A stretch of 64,000 nucleotides of DNA, from NCBI GenBank assembly GCA_964016885.1, contig OZ024743.1, positions 371,814,001 through 371,878,000 on the forward strand. The letters are read 5' to 3'. Both the position numbers and the translations under genes were made by a program. The stretch comes from Eledone cirrhosa. Lineage: Eukaryota. Under the pieces are notes generated by a model. It did no database searches and was not told where the DNA came from. It saw only the letters and a list, made by a program, of their open reading frames with translations. Of the stretch, positions 55,701-64,000 are shown one piece after another. Every line of letters starts with the position of its first letter. The stretch's first letter is position 1.

Positions 55701-57533
55701 GGTTAACATATTTCCATTTGTATAAAACAACATACTATTTAGTTGACATGTATGATATCTGATAGTTAGTTTGCGTTCATTACAAATATTTCAGACAAAT
55801 AGCAATAGCTCAGAAAGAACCAGATCACTGAATTTGTCTTCAAAGTGACATTGATGAAGAACTATATAGACAATTTCAGTCAAAATAAATGCATAAATAA
55901 TGGTTGCTGAATTTTACACATTTAGCTTAAGAAAATTTTGTATCTTGTGGTTATGTCATACTGAAAACATAAACTCTCATGATAACCATGAAAAGTGCTG
56001 CCAGCCCTTTCACAGGTCACACTCACAGATTGGTGACACAGATTGTCCCTATGATCTTGATGTCACACTCTCAGATTGGTGAGGTTGATAAGGTAGAGGT
56101 TCAGTTTTAACGTCTGCATGCCCACATTTACAGGAATAGCATACAGAAGAAAAGGGAATTTGAGAGGTTATGTTCAGTGTAGGAATGACTGGGCATAGTA
56201 GCTAGTGCTATGTATGCTCAGTGATGTGAGACCCAGATAGCTGACAAGAGACGGGCCAGGTATAACACTAGCTGAGTAGGACAAATGTAAAAAATGCAAG
56301 GCCTTGTGGTATCTATTATATCTGTCACTCCGCTACATCAGCAACAAATATGACCAGTACGAGAAATAAATCACAACTTACTCTTATAATATTATGTAAA
56401 TCAGTTCTATTATTGAATCATTACGGATTCATTACATTTGAGAATTTATCACTGGTTTACACAAAGTAGATGAAACAAATCTTTCTCTCTATTGATACAC
56501 TATCAATACTAATATTCTCATAAGAGTTACGGCCCTTTATGGTCTGAGTTTAAATCCCGCCGAGGTTAACTTTGCTTTCATCCTTACGGGTTCGATAAAA
56601 TAAAGTACCAGTAATACACTGAGATACTTGCTGGCCTTGTGCCAAATGTAGAAAACAATTATTAGCTCTAATACTCTCTATACATGAAATTATATGGCTT
56701 TATAAATATTATGAAAAAAAACGTAGATTGAGATTGAAACAGTTAAAGTGATTGGACTTACTTGTTTAGCTCTGTCTATGATCTTGTCATCGACATCAGT
56801 AATACTCATTACTCGGATCACATGGACTCCAAATATATTTGTTAAAATACGACGGATGATATCAAACTGGACATATGTACTAGCATGACCCATATGGGCA
56901 CTGTCGTAGACAGTGGGTCCACAGATGTACCTGGGATTAGCAGAGAAGTATAAATAAAAAAAATTTTAAATGTAGAGAAAAAATTCTAAACTGGCAAACC
57001 TTCATTTAAAAAAAAGTTAGAATAAAAGGGATGGTGACTCTGACCTTAAACACACTCAAGCTGTTAATGAAGTTGTGTCCAGTTTGAACAAAATATTATA
57101 AGAGTAAGATTGAAGGAAAAACGAAGGTGTCAGAATGCTAAAAACACCCAAGAAAATAGTATAAAACCGGGCTGCATGGATGATTAAGGTTGACTCGGAG
57201 CCAAACAACAAAGTAAGAAAACGATGAAAAAAATATATCCCAAACCTACCATGTAGCAATGTTTTTACGAAGTAAAATCAATTTTTCCTTTTGTTTTGTT
57301 AAAGTATTGTAAACTTTAATTCCTGTATCAAACCCTTCAGGCTGAACCCATGTGGAATAATAATATTTGGGATCTAGAGGTAAATATCCCCTGCAATTTG
57401 GTCTGGTGTTCTTTGAAAGAGAATTAGTAAAAGAAGACAAGTAAGTTCTGATTGATCTTGATACAAGTTGTTCATGCTTCCTTTTGTGACAACATCGAGA
57501 TAAGCACACCAATTCCGAGTACAAGTTATACAT
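17180..57533 (-). CDS. CARS2: Mitochondrial cysteine--tRNA ligase, 13 coding exons, 586 aa (whole span)
   Basis: join(57250-57533, 56762-56930, 54856-55033, 48635-48712, 47132-47258, 46115-46248, 43885-44016, 29381-29519, 25791-25911, 22085-22186, 19095-19212, 18225-18343, 17180-17239). All introns GT-AG, phases consistent, 1761 nt. Class I CysRS motifs, an R/S/L/K-rich N-terminus, and no cytosolic CARS1-type insertion. Confidence 0.95.
17762..17855 (-). pseudogene. Diverged duplicate of CARS2 exon 11 (with acceptor region) in intron 12
   Basis: Reads [21 protein letters not shown] versus exon 11 [22 protein letters not shown]; shares intronic CAACAAA..GCATACATAAGAAA. Confidence 0.85.
18225..18343 (-). 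CDS. CARS2: CARS2 coding exon 12
   Basis: ttcag|AT...ATT|gtaagg; [39 protein letters not shown]. Confidence 0.9.
18770..19040. repeat. Degenerate (GGTAGT/GAT)n low-complexity tract
   Basis: Runs of gtggta/gtagt/gatg. Confidence 0.8.
19095..19212 (-). CDS. CARS2: CARS2 coding exon 11
   Basis: ttgcag|CAG...AAGG|gtaaat; [39 protein letters not shown]. Confidence 0.9.
19247..19973 (+). mobile_element. Two tandem TTAA-flanked piggyBac-type MITEs (19247-19444, 19449-19973)
   Basis: TTAA at 19243, 19445 and 19974. Both start ...TTGATACCAAAC, end ...GGG and share internal GATACAAAACTGTTT. Confidence 0.75.
19631..19898 (-). mobile_element. 5'-truncated RTE-type LINE 3' end with (GAA)n tail, inside a MITE
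   Basis: 11-bp TSD TCCAAATTCTT (19620-19630, 19899-19909); peptide [14 protein letters not shown]...RPKG. Confidence 0.8.
19978..21165 (-). mobile_element. Internally deleted piggyBac transposon (PGBD4-like N-terminal half)
   Basis: TTAA TSDs, TIRs CCCTTTAGCATTC / GAACACTAAAGGG, subterminal repeat TCGGCCGGTTTCRGGCGGTTTGAACA x2, acidic N-terminus, LDYFFLFLP and YWSTD...ISSIM...YLHLVD. Confidence 0.88.
22085..22186 (-). CDS. CARS2: CARS2 coding exon 10
   Basis: tttcag|GAT...ATG|gtaaat; [34 protein letters not shown]; phase 0/0. Confidence 0.85.
22274..22642 (-). mobile_element. Two tandem tRNA-derived SINEs
   Basis: Same family as 16856-17125; ATGAACCAATAT duplicated at 22262 and 22453 (TSD of the first copy). 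Confidence 0.85.
23023..24205 (-). mobile_element. RTE LINE 3' fragment (long-3'UTR subfamily)
   Basis: Decayed [16 protein letters not shown] and KGRLYNAC remnants; 3' module and ATG tail at 23023. Confidence 0.8.
24537..25702 (+). mobile_element. Mariner (irritans/Himar1-like), decayed
   Basis: TA TSDs, TIRs TGAGGGTGGGCTGAGAAGTTCATAGGCTGAC / GTCAGCCTAAGAACTTTTCAACCAACCCTTG; [31 protein letters not shown]. Confidence 0.92.
25791..25911 (-). CDS. CARS2: CARS2 coding exon 9
   Basis: ctattag|G...CAG|gtaaaa; [40 protein letters not shown] (DALR-domain ALxDDFD). Confidence 0.92.
26814..29338 (+). mobile_element. hAT (hATm-like) transposon remnant
   Basis: Degenerate TIRs TTAGAGTGTT / AACACCCTAA; peptides [59 protein letters not shown]. 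Confidence 0.78.
29381..29519 (-). CDS. CARS2: CARS2 coding exon 8
   Basis: ttgcag|GG...AA|gtaggt; [45 protein letters not shown]. Confidence 0.9.
30028..31220 (-). mobile_element. RTE LINE 3' fragment H (long-3'UTR subfamily)
   Basis: ORF 30573-31322: KWPCPVC..CPKC..WVHKRC, FCYLGD, LHGSETW; 3' module and tail at about 30030. Confidence 0.9.
31290..31525. repeat. Degenerate ~46-bp tandem repeat (about 5 units) of the RTE-associated module
   Basis: Recurrent CCACTTTACAGAGTGGACTGGRTGCATTTTAT; related arrays at about 16355-16480 and 43240-43370. Confidence 0.7.
31558..34350 (+). mobile_element. RTE LINE copy B
   Basis: Endonuclease ORF 31562-32422, RT LYADDL, (ATG)n tail at 34334-34350. Confidence 0.95.
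34727..38130 (-). mobile_element. RTE LINE copy C, near full length
   Basis: [42 protein letters not shown]; tail abuts (TA)n at 34684-34727. Confidence 0.95.
38716..39637 (+). mobile_element. RTE LINE 3' fragment I (long-3'UTR subfamily)
   Basis: [28 protein letters not shown], clean (GAT)n tail. Confidence 0.9.
40076..41985 (+). mobile_element. RTE LINE copy D with internal deletions
   Basis: 5' UTR module, ORFs 40618-41343 and 41476-42087, (GAT)n tail. Confidence 0.9.
41995..42800 (+). mobile_element. Older RTE LINE fragment
   Basis: [24 protein letters not shown] remnants. Confidence 0.75.
43885..44016 (-). CDS. CARS2: CARS2 coding exon 7 (KMSKS)
   Basis: ctgcag|GT...A|gtaggt; [18 protein letters not shown]...[12 protein letters not shown]. 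Confidence 0.96.
44701..44902 (-). mobile_element. TTAA MITE
   Basis: TTAA flanks; end GGTTTGGTATCAAAAGGG matches the 19.2-kb MITEs in reverse. Confidence 0.65.
45892..46101 (-). mobile_element. TTAA MITE next to the exon 6 donor
   Basis: TTAA-CCC ... GGG-TTAA (45888-45891, 46102-46105). Confidence 0.7.
46115..46248 (-). CDS. CARS2: CARS2 coding exon 6
   Basis: tttcag|C...G|gtaaga; [22 protein letters not shown]...YWLHT. Confidence 0.96.
47132..47258 (-). CDS. CARS2: CARS2 coding exon 5
   Basis: tttag|AC...AG|gtcagt; DFVLWKAAK...[18 protein letters not shown]. Confidence 0.96.
48265..48468 (+). mobile_element. TTAA MITE
   Basis: TTAA-CTCTTTTCAT ... ATGAAAGAG-TTAA; internal AAACTGGCTCTGGTTCTAT shared with the other copies. 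Confidence 0.65.
48635..48712 (-). CDS. CARS2: CARS2 coding exon 4
   Basis: tttgcag|GA...A|gttagt; [16 protein letters not shown]. Confidence 0.93.
48748..49270 (-). mobile_element. Helitron 3' end with PIF1-like helicase C-terminus
   Basis: [40 protein letters not shown]; subterminal hairpin TATCCGG-GCGAAG-CTGGATA followed by CTTG|T. Confidence 0.88.
49350..51040 (-). mobile_element. RTE LINE copy E (5' half)
   Basis: ORF 50501-50896 endonuclease; [11 protein letters not shown]...QFGFVP at 49272-49592. Confidence 0.88.
51960..53440 (-). mobile_element. Old RTE LINE remnant
   Basis: [16 protein letters not shown] and [10 protein letters not shown] remnants. Confidence 0.7.
54856..55033 (-). 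CDS. CARS2: CARS2 coding exon 3
   Basis: aaatag|CTG...G|gtaaag; [24 protein letters not shown]...KGFAY. Confidence 0.95.
56525..56663 (+). mobile_element. 5'-truncated tRNA-derived SINE
   Basis: Reverse complement of the 22465-22642 family. Confidence 0.8.
56762..56930 (-). CDS. CARS2: CARS2 coding exon 2 (HIGH motif as HMGH)
   Basis: cccag|G...CAA|gtaagt; [16 protein letters not shown]...[12 protein letters not shown]. Confidence 0.97.
57250..57533 (-). CDS. CARS2: CARS2 coding exon 1 (targeting peptide; exon probably starts at acceptor 57632)
   Basis: taacATG; [24 protein letters not shown]; TG|gtaggt; upstream ttttgttacag acceptor. Confidence 0.9.
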
Positions 57534-58666
57534 GTTAAGTTTATTTCTTGGGTGATTTCTTAATCAAACAAGTTTAGTAACTTTATAAATTTCTTTTGGA
57601 ACTTGGAAAGCAATTGCTGGCTTTTTCAGAATCTGTAACAAAATAATAAAAGAAATATTACAAAATTTATCCTGAAATTAATACAAATAAAAGTTGGAAT
57701 ATACAATTCAAATAAGATAAATTATTGTAGAGGCTTTTGCTGTGGTTTAGCCTTGGATGAGTAAACCTATGATCAAAATCATTACAGCTCTGACCTTCCC
57801 TTTTTTATACAAACTACATTATTCAATCCTGGTGTAATTTGATGAATATTTGGCTGCTATTTCTAGCAGAGTGAGCAATCCTTGTCGACTTGTCATTGCA
57901 GTAGTAAATGATTTGGCAAACAAAATATTTCATTCATTAGAGTTGAGTTCAAAAAGTTGTTTTTATTTATGTTGTGTATTTCATAGATACATTTAATTCC
58001 GAAGAAGAAAAGTAGAGCACATAAACTATGTTCTCCAAGACAGTGGAATACAGATAACTGGGTCAAGATGATTAACATTTGTAAGTTCACGTTGTGAGAA
58101 AACTCTAGTCGTATGAAATGTTATGAAAGAGAGCCAGTTCTTAGAGAAATTGCTTTGTATGGAATTTGAGGATTAAGATACAATATAAGTATATGAGATT
58201 TTCTTTTTGCACACATCATTTCAGATACGATGCCTGTAGAACTTAATTGATGTGTGTCAGTTGGCAATTACCAAACAGCTAGCTGGTCTGCAACACAGGT
58301 GTCGAACATTAGTATAGAGTAATTGGTTGGTACTATTTTACTGACCTCGAAAGAATGAAAAACGAAGACAATATCAATAGGATTTGAACGTATAACATAA
58401 AAAACAGCAACTAAAATGCCTTGCAGTAGTAAGATGTTTTAGTGGTGCTGTTTCTATCAATCCCGTGCATTGTATAAATAACATTACAAATATGTTTTAA
58501 ATATATACATAAATAACATTATGAATTTTATTCAGTTGTATAAATAACATTACAAAATTTATTACAGTTGTATAAATTTACAGTAAAATAACGTTGCACA
58601 TATGTTTTAAATATATACATAAATAACATTATAAATTGTTCGCAATTCGTTTAGAAGGACAAATAT

Positions 58667-58849
58667 AATTGTTTCTACTTTTGGCATAAGGTCAGCATTT
58701 ACCCAGTACATTATTTTATCGACCCCGTAAGGATGAAAGGCAAAGTTAACCTCGACGGGATTTGAACTAAGACCGTAAAGGGACGTAACTATGCTGGAAA
58801 GCATGGCGTCCGACCCTCTACCGATACTGCCAATTCATCGCCTACACAA
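58667..58849 (-). mobile_element. tRNA-derived SINE
   Basis: 12-bp TSD AAGGACAAATAT (58655-58666, 58850-58861). Confidence 0.9.
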
Positions 58850-58985
58850 AAGGACAAATATGTCTAAACCGTGTATAATATAACACAATAATATAAATTC
58901 ATTGAACAAAAATGATAAAGGAAAGAAAAAAAAGGGGGAGGTGGATTTACCACCAAGAGGGATAATCGGCCGCACTTCACACCTT

Positions 58986-59450
58986 AATTGTCAGTGACTC
59001 TTTTGCTCCCTCCCACATCGTGATCCGCGGTAAATGTGGAGGTCACTGATTCCGTTGCTGAACGGAATAAAATTCATAAATATCTGGATTTATTCAATAA
59101 TTATTTTTCTAGCTTGTAGTGTTCGAGACATTTGGTGGAGTTGGGCCACTGACAGCGAAGTTTGTGTCATCGATGGCGGCTCGCCTAATTGAGGTGTCAA
59201 GTGATGCCCGTGGGGGTGCCGGGCTGTTTCAGTGCCTTAGCCTCGCCATCACCCATGGTAATGCTGCGAACGTATTGGCTTGCCTCAGTTAATACTTACG
59301 ATGTGATGTACGGCCGATTGTTGCACTTGGTGGTGAACTGATGGTAGTTTTTGTCCCCTCCCCCTTTATTTTTCTTTCTTTTATGCTTTTTTATTTGGGT
59401 TTATCAACGACATTATATTTGTAATGTTATTTATACAACTGTGAATAAAA
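58986..59450 (+). mobile_element. CRE-clade non-LTR retrotransposon 3' end (REL endonuclease and 3' UTR)
   Basis: SDSFAPSH, AERNKIHKY, FETFGGVG, LFQCLSLAITHGNAANVL* (stop 59289-59291); AATAAA at about 59444. Confidence 0.8.
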
Positions 59451-60849
59451 TGTCTATCGTTGAATAGATGGTTGTCATAGAAGAGAGTTTGTAATTTGTA
59501 GAAGAGACACAGACAGAGCCGAAATAGATATGATCTTATATTACAAAGTATAAACGGTACATTTTTTATATAAAAACCCGTCTGGTATTTGGGTAGAACA
59601 TTTTTTTCCTCGTTTGCAACGATTCTGACCTCCAAACCAGTCAGAAATTACTTATTTTTCAGGTATCGGAGGGGGAAGGAGGCATTCGGTGTTTTTTTAA
59701 CACTAACTATACGCCAGACTGGTGCTATTGGTTCCTTTACGCAATTTGAAATCACTTTCATTTTTAATTATTCTCTAGTCCCAAATAATAGAGGGGGAGG
59801 GGGCATTTCCTTAAATTCTTGTATAGTGTACGTTCGTAAATATGGGATTTCTTGTAATGTTCTTTTTTTGTTATATACAATGTGTGATGTAAAATAAAAT
59901 TATTATTAGATTCTCCAGCTGCTGTATCGATATGAATCACTAGATAAATTAGCAAAATTTAACAAGAGTGAGAGGGGGTCTGAAAAAATTAATAAGCGAG
60001 GCAGACGATTATTCAAAACCTGAGAGTGTACGTGTATCAGTATGGATTCGTGCTAAACAAGGGTTTCTTAATGTTTTTTCCCCCCTAAATATTCTTCCCC
60101 CATATATATTTAAAAGACAAGTAATTTCCGATGAGTTTGGAGGTCAGAATCGTTGAAAACGCACGAGAAGAAAATAATTTCTTTCCGAACCCAAGATGAG
60201 TGTTTATGTAAAAATTTACAGAATAAATAATTTACAAAATTTAAAATCATGAAACAAAAAGTAAGCCTATAACAGTTTTAATTCATTTTATAATAATTAC
60301 TAATCACTTTGAGAAAAACATGACCAACAATTTCTCTCACGCTCAGTCAACAAACACCGCTCGAATGCAACGTACTGGCTAGAAAGTAATCACTATTGCA
60401 CTTTGGTTAAGTTCACCACTACCAGAAGCTACAGGAACAGACTGGACAGCAAAGAAAAGACAATATATCCAAATTGCTACAACAAACGACATGTCTGAGT
60501 GCTGGGTTTAATAAAGCATGCTACAAGTCTGCTTGAATGTGGTTGATTGAGGCGGCACAATAACTCGGTTAGTATTATCAAGCACATTAATATAGCAGCA
60601 ATAGAAAATAAACACAGGAATGATAAATTGTGACAAACAACGAATACATTTGCTGTAATATAATTAGAGGAGACTAGTGGTAATCTACATTGGTAAAAGT
60701 TGTTAACGCAAGAAGAAATATCTCCTATAGTATACATTTTGTATAGTATAGGAGAGTGAATTTAAAAATAATTTTTCTATGGTTGTCTTATTCTTTTAAA
60801 TGAAAAATGCACACATAACAAATGAAATAGTTACACCTTCTTAACTTAC

Positions 60850-61310
60850 AAAAATAGACATCAAATTTGTATATTGCTAGCAGATTAAGAATCTGTAAAC
60901 AAGCGATCCTATAAGTAACGGCTTAAAACACAACCGAAGAAAAAGAGTGTCGGAAGTATAAATAGAAGTGGCGTCCCGTGAGCGGAAGGTAATTAGGACA
61001 GTGTGGGTGAGCTAGAAGTAAACCTGAGAATTTCTAGAGAGGTAGAGTTTCACAGATTTAAGCTAAGAGATGATTGGGGCAGGACAAACGAATTTACGTT
61101 TCTCATTTCACATGTTATTACAGCACTATATGTTTTTTTTTTTTTCTTCTCCACCGGCATACAAACGAAATGGCAGCGATGCGGCGAGGAAGATGTGATC
61201 GCCTGGATTCGATAAATCAAAGTGGTAGCGAGGACGCAGGCAGGCTTTATGGTTCTGTTTTTGGAGGAAAATACGTTTGCATTTTTTCTCAAAATGTATG
61301 ACGTCGACTA
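60850..61310. promoter_or_regulatory. Candidate bidirectional promoter / first-exon region
   Basis: Local CpG enrichment; ETS-like CGGAAG at 60951 and 60983; minus-strand donor GTAAGT at 60849; YY1-like AAATGGCAGC at 61168. Confidence 0.4.
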
Positions 61311-61421
61311 AGTGGATAGGAGATCCGATAGATGTGTATGCGACAGAAGTCCGGAGATTGGCTTTTTTTCACTCTGAATTATATATATGCATGCACACTT
61401 ACAGATGGACATAAGAATGTC

Positions 61422-62239
61422 CAGGCGATATACAATTTTAGCTGCCTAAATGCCGCTTACTTGCTGCAGTTGCTGCTTACTTCAATGTATGAGGCTATTC
61501 CAACAAATTTACATTCCCCTTTTTTTAGCCGTTAAAAGAAATATAGATTTATTTATTGTTTTTTTTTTTGCGATTTATTTGCCACTGGGGCATAGATTTC
61601 TTTATTTGCCCCTTTTTTGTTTGTTTGTTTTTTTGTTTTTTTTGCGATTTATTAGCCTTTTGGGGTCACACACACTCCCGTAGAAAGTGTGCGACCTTTC
61701 TGCCAGGGAGCACAGAGAGAGGGGGTGCTCCCTTCTTCTCTTACCTGTACAAGCCGATATAGAGAGATGGCCCACTTACACGGGCCATTATTGCTACTTT
61801 CACCCATCTTTCATGGAATTGGCTGGGACTGAGTGCCTTTTTCTCCACCTTGATCCTTCTTTCGAAGTGGTATCGGAAGAAGAGGACCATTTGTTGGCCG
61901 GCGACATATCCCCACAGGTAAGAGAAGAAGGGAGCACCCCCCTCTCTCTGTGCTCCCTGGCAGAAAGGTCGCACACTTTTTACGGGGGTGTGTGTGACCC
62001 CAAAAGGCTAATAAATCGCAAAAAAAACCCCAAACAAACAAACAAAAAAGGGGCAAATAAAGAAATCTATGCCCCAGTGGCAAATAAATCGCAAAATAAA
62101 AACAATAAATAAATCTATATTTCTTTTAACGGCTAAAAAAAGGAGAATGTAAATTTGTTGGAATAGCCTCATACATTGAAGTAAGCAGCAACTACAGCAA
62201 GTAAGCGGCATTTAGGCAGCTAAAATTGGATATCGCCTG
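61422..62239. repeat. Long inverted repeat: arms 61422-61748 and 61914-62239, 165-bp spacer with a Tx1/L1-like ORF2 C-terminus
   Basis: Arms are reverse complements with roughly ten differences by eye. Spacer (minus strand) FFRYHFERRIKVEKKALSPSQFHERWVKVAIMAR. The LINE clade call is from recall. Confidence 0.92.
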
Positions 62240-62599
62240 TCCACATTCAAGCATCCATATAGTGTCATAGCTAAAACTTGGGAATGAGTGTGTGTGTTGG
62301 TGGGAGTATGTACATATATGCATATAGATTTCTAAGATTTTCCACTTGAACACCCACTGTTTTTTTAGGTCCCTCCACCCTCTCCCCTTTTTTTGTTTTG
62401 TTGCTTTGATTTCGGAACTGGTGTAGGTGAGATATGATGCTTCCTTCATATCATCACCCTATCTACTATTCCATGATTCCAGTTTTTCCCCTCTGTCCAC
62501 CCACTGTTGAGCCAAGCGCCCAGCCACACACCCATGTTGCAGCATAGTGCTCTAGCCCCCGGCTCCACGCCCCACCATCCTTCCCCACAAGGCGACACC

Positions 62600-64000
62600 T
62601 GCAGCGCATGCACCACCACAAACAGGCGAAAGAAAGGCCCGAACTGACGAGCCTCCAGTACCGTCACAGAGTGGAGATGCAGCAACTGTCTCTTCCCCTT
62701 GTCAACACAGCTGCGGTCGTCCACTACACCGCCAGATGAGACAGCGAGCTTGTCTGATGCTCAAGCCTCACTGGTCAACATCGCTCGGCTCAAGATCCTA
62801 AAAGCAGCCCGGATGCTGATGGCCGACGCCCTCATATCCTCGTATCGAGAGGGCTCTTTGACTCTAATCGAGCCAGTGACTAGGAACGCCTTTTCAATTT
62901 CGCCCTCAACCTCCCCAACCCTGGCACTAAGGCGGCCTGTCGACAGTGGCTTTCGTCAAGTCTAACGTTTCGTCCTTTGGGCAAGCGCCCATCCCATGTG
63001 TGCCCAAGGACATCACACGCCCTCAGCTCTCAAGTGCCTCAATCCCCCACCCCTGAGACCAGCCCAAAGCATTTACCTGACCGCATGAACGCCAAACTAA
63101 TCGAGGGTGATGTCTCGGCCATGGTCAGAGTGGTCGCCTCGGAGGACACCGTCTCCACCCCACCAGCTGAAGCTGACTTCTATGGCCACATAAATAAGTT
63201 GCCATTGTGAATTGGCTTTTGCGTCACTGATACTCACTTGCACACCCGCAATTTCTGGTCACACTGTATCAGGCACATCAATCTTGCCTCTACACAACAG
63301 TGACCACACAACAGCAATCCACAAGTGAGTACATACACAACAACAACCGAATCAACACCACAACGGAACCATCCATCCTAGCATTAGACCCGCTATATCC
63401 CCACGGGACGCAGACATCATGTCTGCCATTAAGTCCTTCCCTGCTAACAGCAGCGGAGGTACTGATGGTCTCCGACCTTGCCACTTCAAAGTGCTGCTAT
63501 CCCCCCTATCAGCTGAAGCCTGGTGCCACCTTCTGAGTGCAATTGTGGCACTCATCAACAGGTTTATCCATGGTACCATGGACTCTTATGCCTGAGGCCA
63601 CTTCTTTTCAGCCATCCTGGCCGCTCTCAGGAAAAAAGAGAGTGGCATACGCCCTATTACTGTGGGCAATGTCTGCTAAGGTGGCGCTCAGCCCGGTGCA
63701 AATAGGAGTCGACGTGTCCAGTGGGTGTGAGGGGGGCCGCACATGCAGCTAGGCAGTTCTTCAACAGCTGCCCACCGGAACCGGTGTCGAAGGATGCCAG
63801 GCACCTCATTGTCAAGTTTGACATGAGGAATGCGTTTAACTGTGTAAGCCCTGACCATCTGCTCAAGGCCTGCCTCAGCCGAGCTCCCTCTGCCTATCTG
63901 TCGTATGGAGCCCCGAGCATGCTCCTTGCTGCTGACACGGGATAGACCACATTGCTCGGAGCATCAGGACCCCTTTCAACGTTTGGTACCTGGATGATGC
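62600..64000 (+). mobile_element. Decayed CRE-clade retrotransposon RT region (runs off the window)
   Basis: GIRPITVGN, PVQIGVDVSSGCE/GAAHAARQF, KFDMRNAFN, NVWYLDD. Confidence 0.85.

Noticed and set aside
62211-62235. U6 snRNA-like GGCAGC..TAAAATTGGA
   Set aside because: Too short, needs a gap, and differs in the other arm.
61422-62239. Palindrome as an assembly or amplification artefact
   Set aside because: Arms differ at several non-homopolymer positions (e.g. CTGCAGT/CTGTAGT, TAGAAAG/TAAAAAG), arguing for a real duplication; long reads are still needed.

Overview
AT-rich, repeat-dense animal genomic DNA. The SINE/RTE repertoire resembles octopod cephalopod repeats as I recall them (inference, not verified). 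One host gene is well supported: mitochondrial cysteinyl-tRNA synthetase (CARS2) on the minus strand. I assembled it by hand from 13 GT-AG coding exons with consistent phases (57533 to 17180; 1761 nt, 586 aa), with HMGH, GWHIECS, FPHHENE and KMSKS motifs. A candidate bidirectional promoter lies near 60.9-61.3 kb. The rest is mostly decayed transposons: two Gypsy elements, a solo LTR, two mariners, piggyBac and TTAA MITEs, hATm, a Helitron end, CRE and Tx1-like LINE pieces, about 11 RTE LINE copies and tRNA-derived SINEs. I found no prokaryotic-type system, CRISPR array or intact RNA gene, and no convincing new multi-gene system. The best leads are two LINE 3' fragments with inverted copies of their own 3' UTRs near the promoter, a compound inverted-repeat stack in intron 7, a duplicated CARS2 exon that could act as an alternative last exon, a KIIK-to-KIID change in the persulfide-synthase motif, and an Hsmar2-like mariner. 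Repeat boundaries are by eye and approximate unless a TSD/TIR is quoted.
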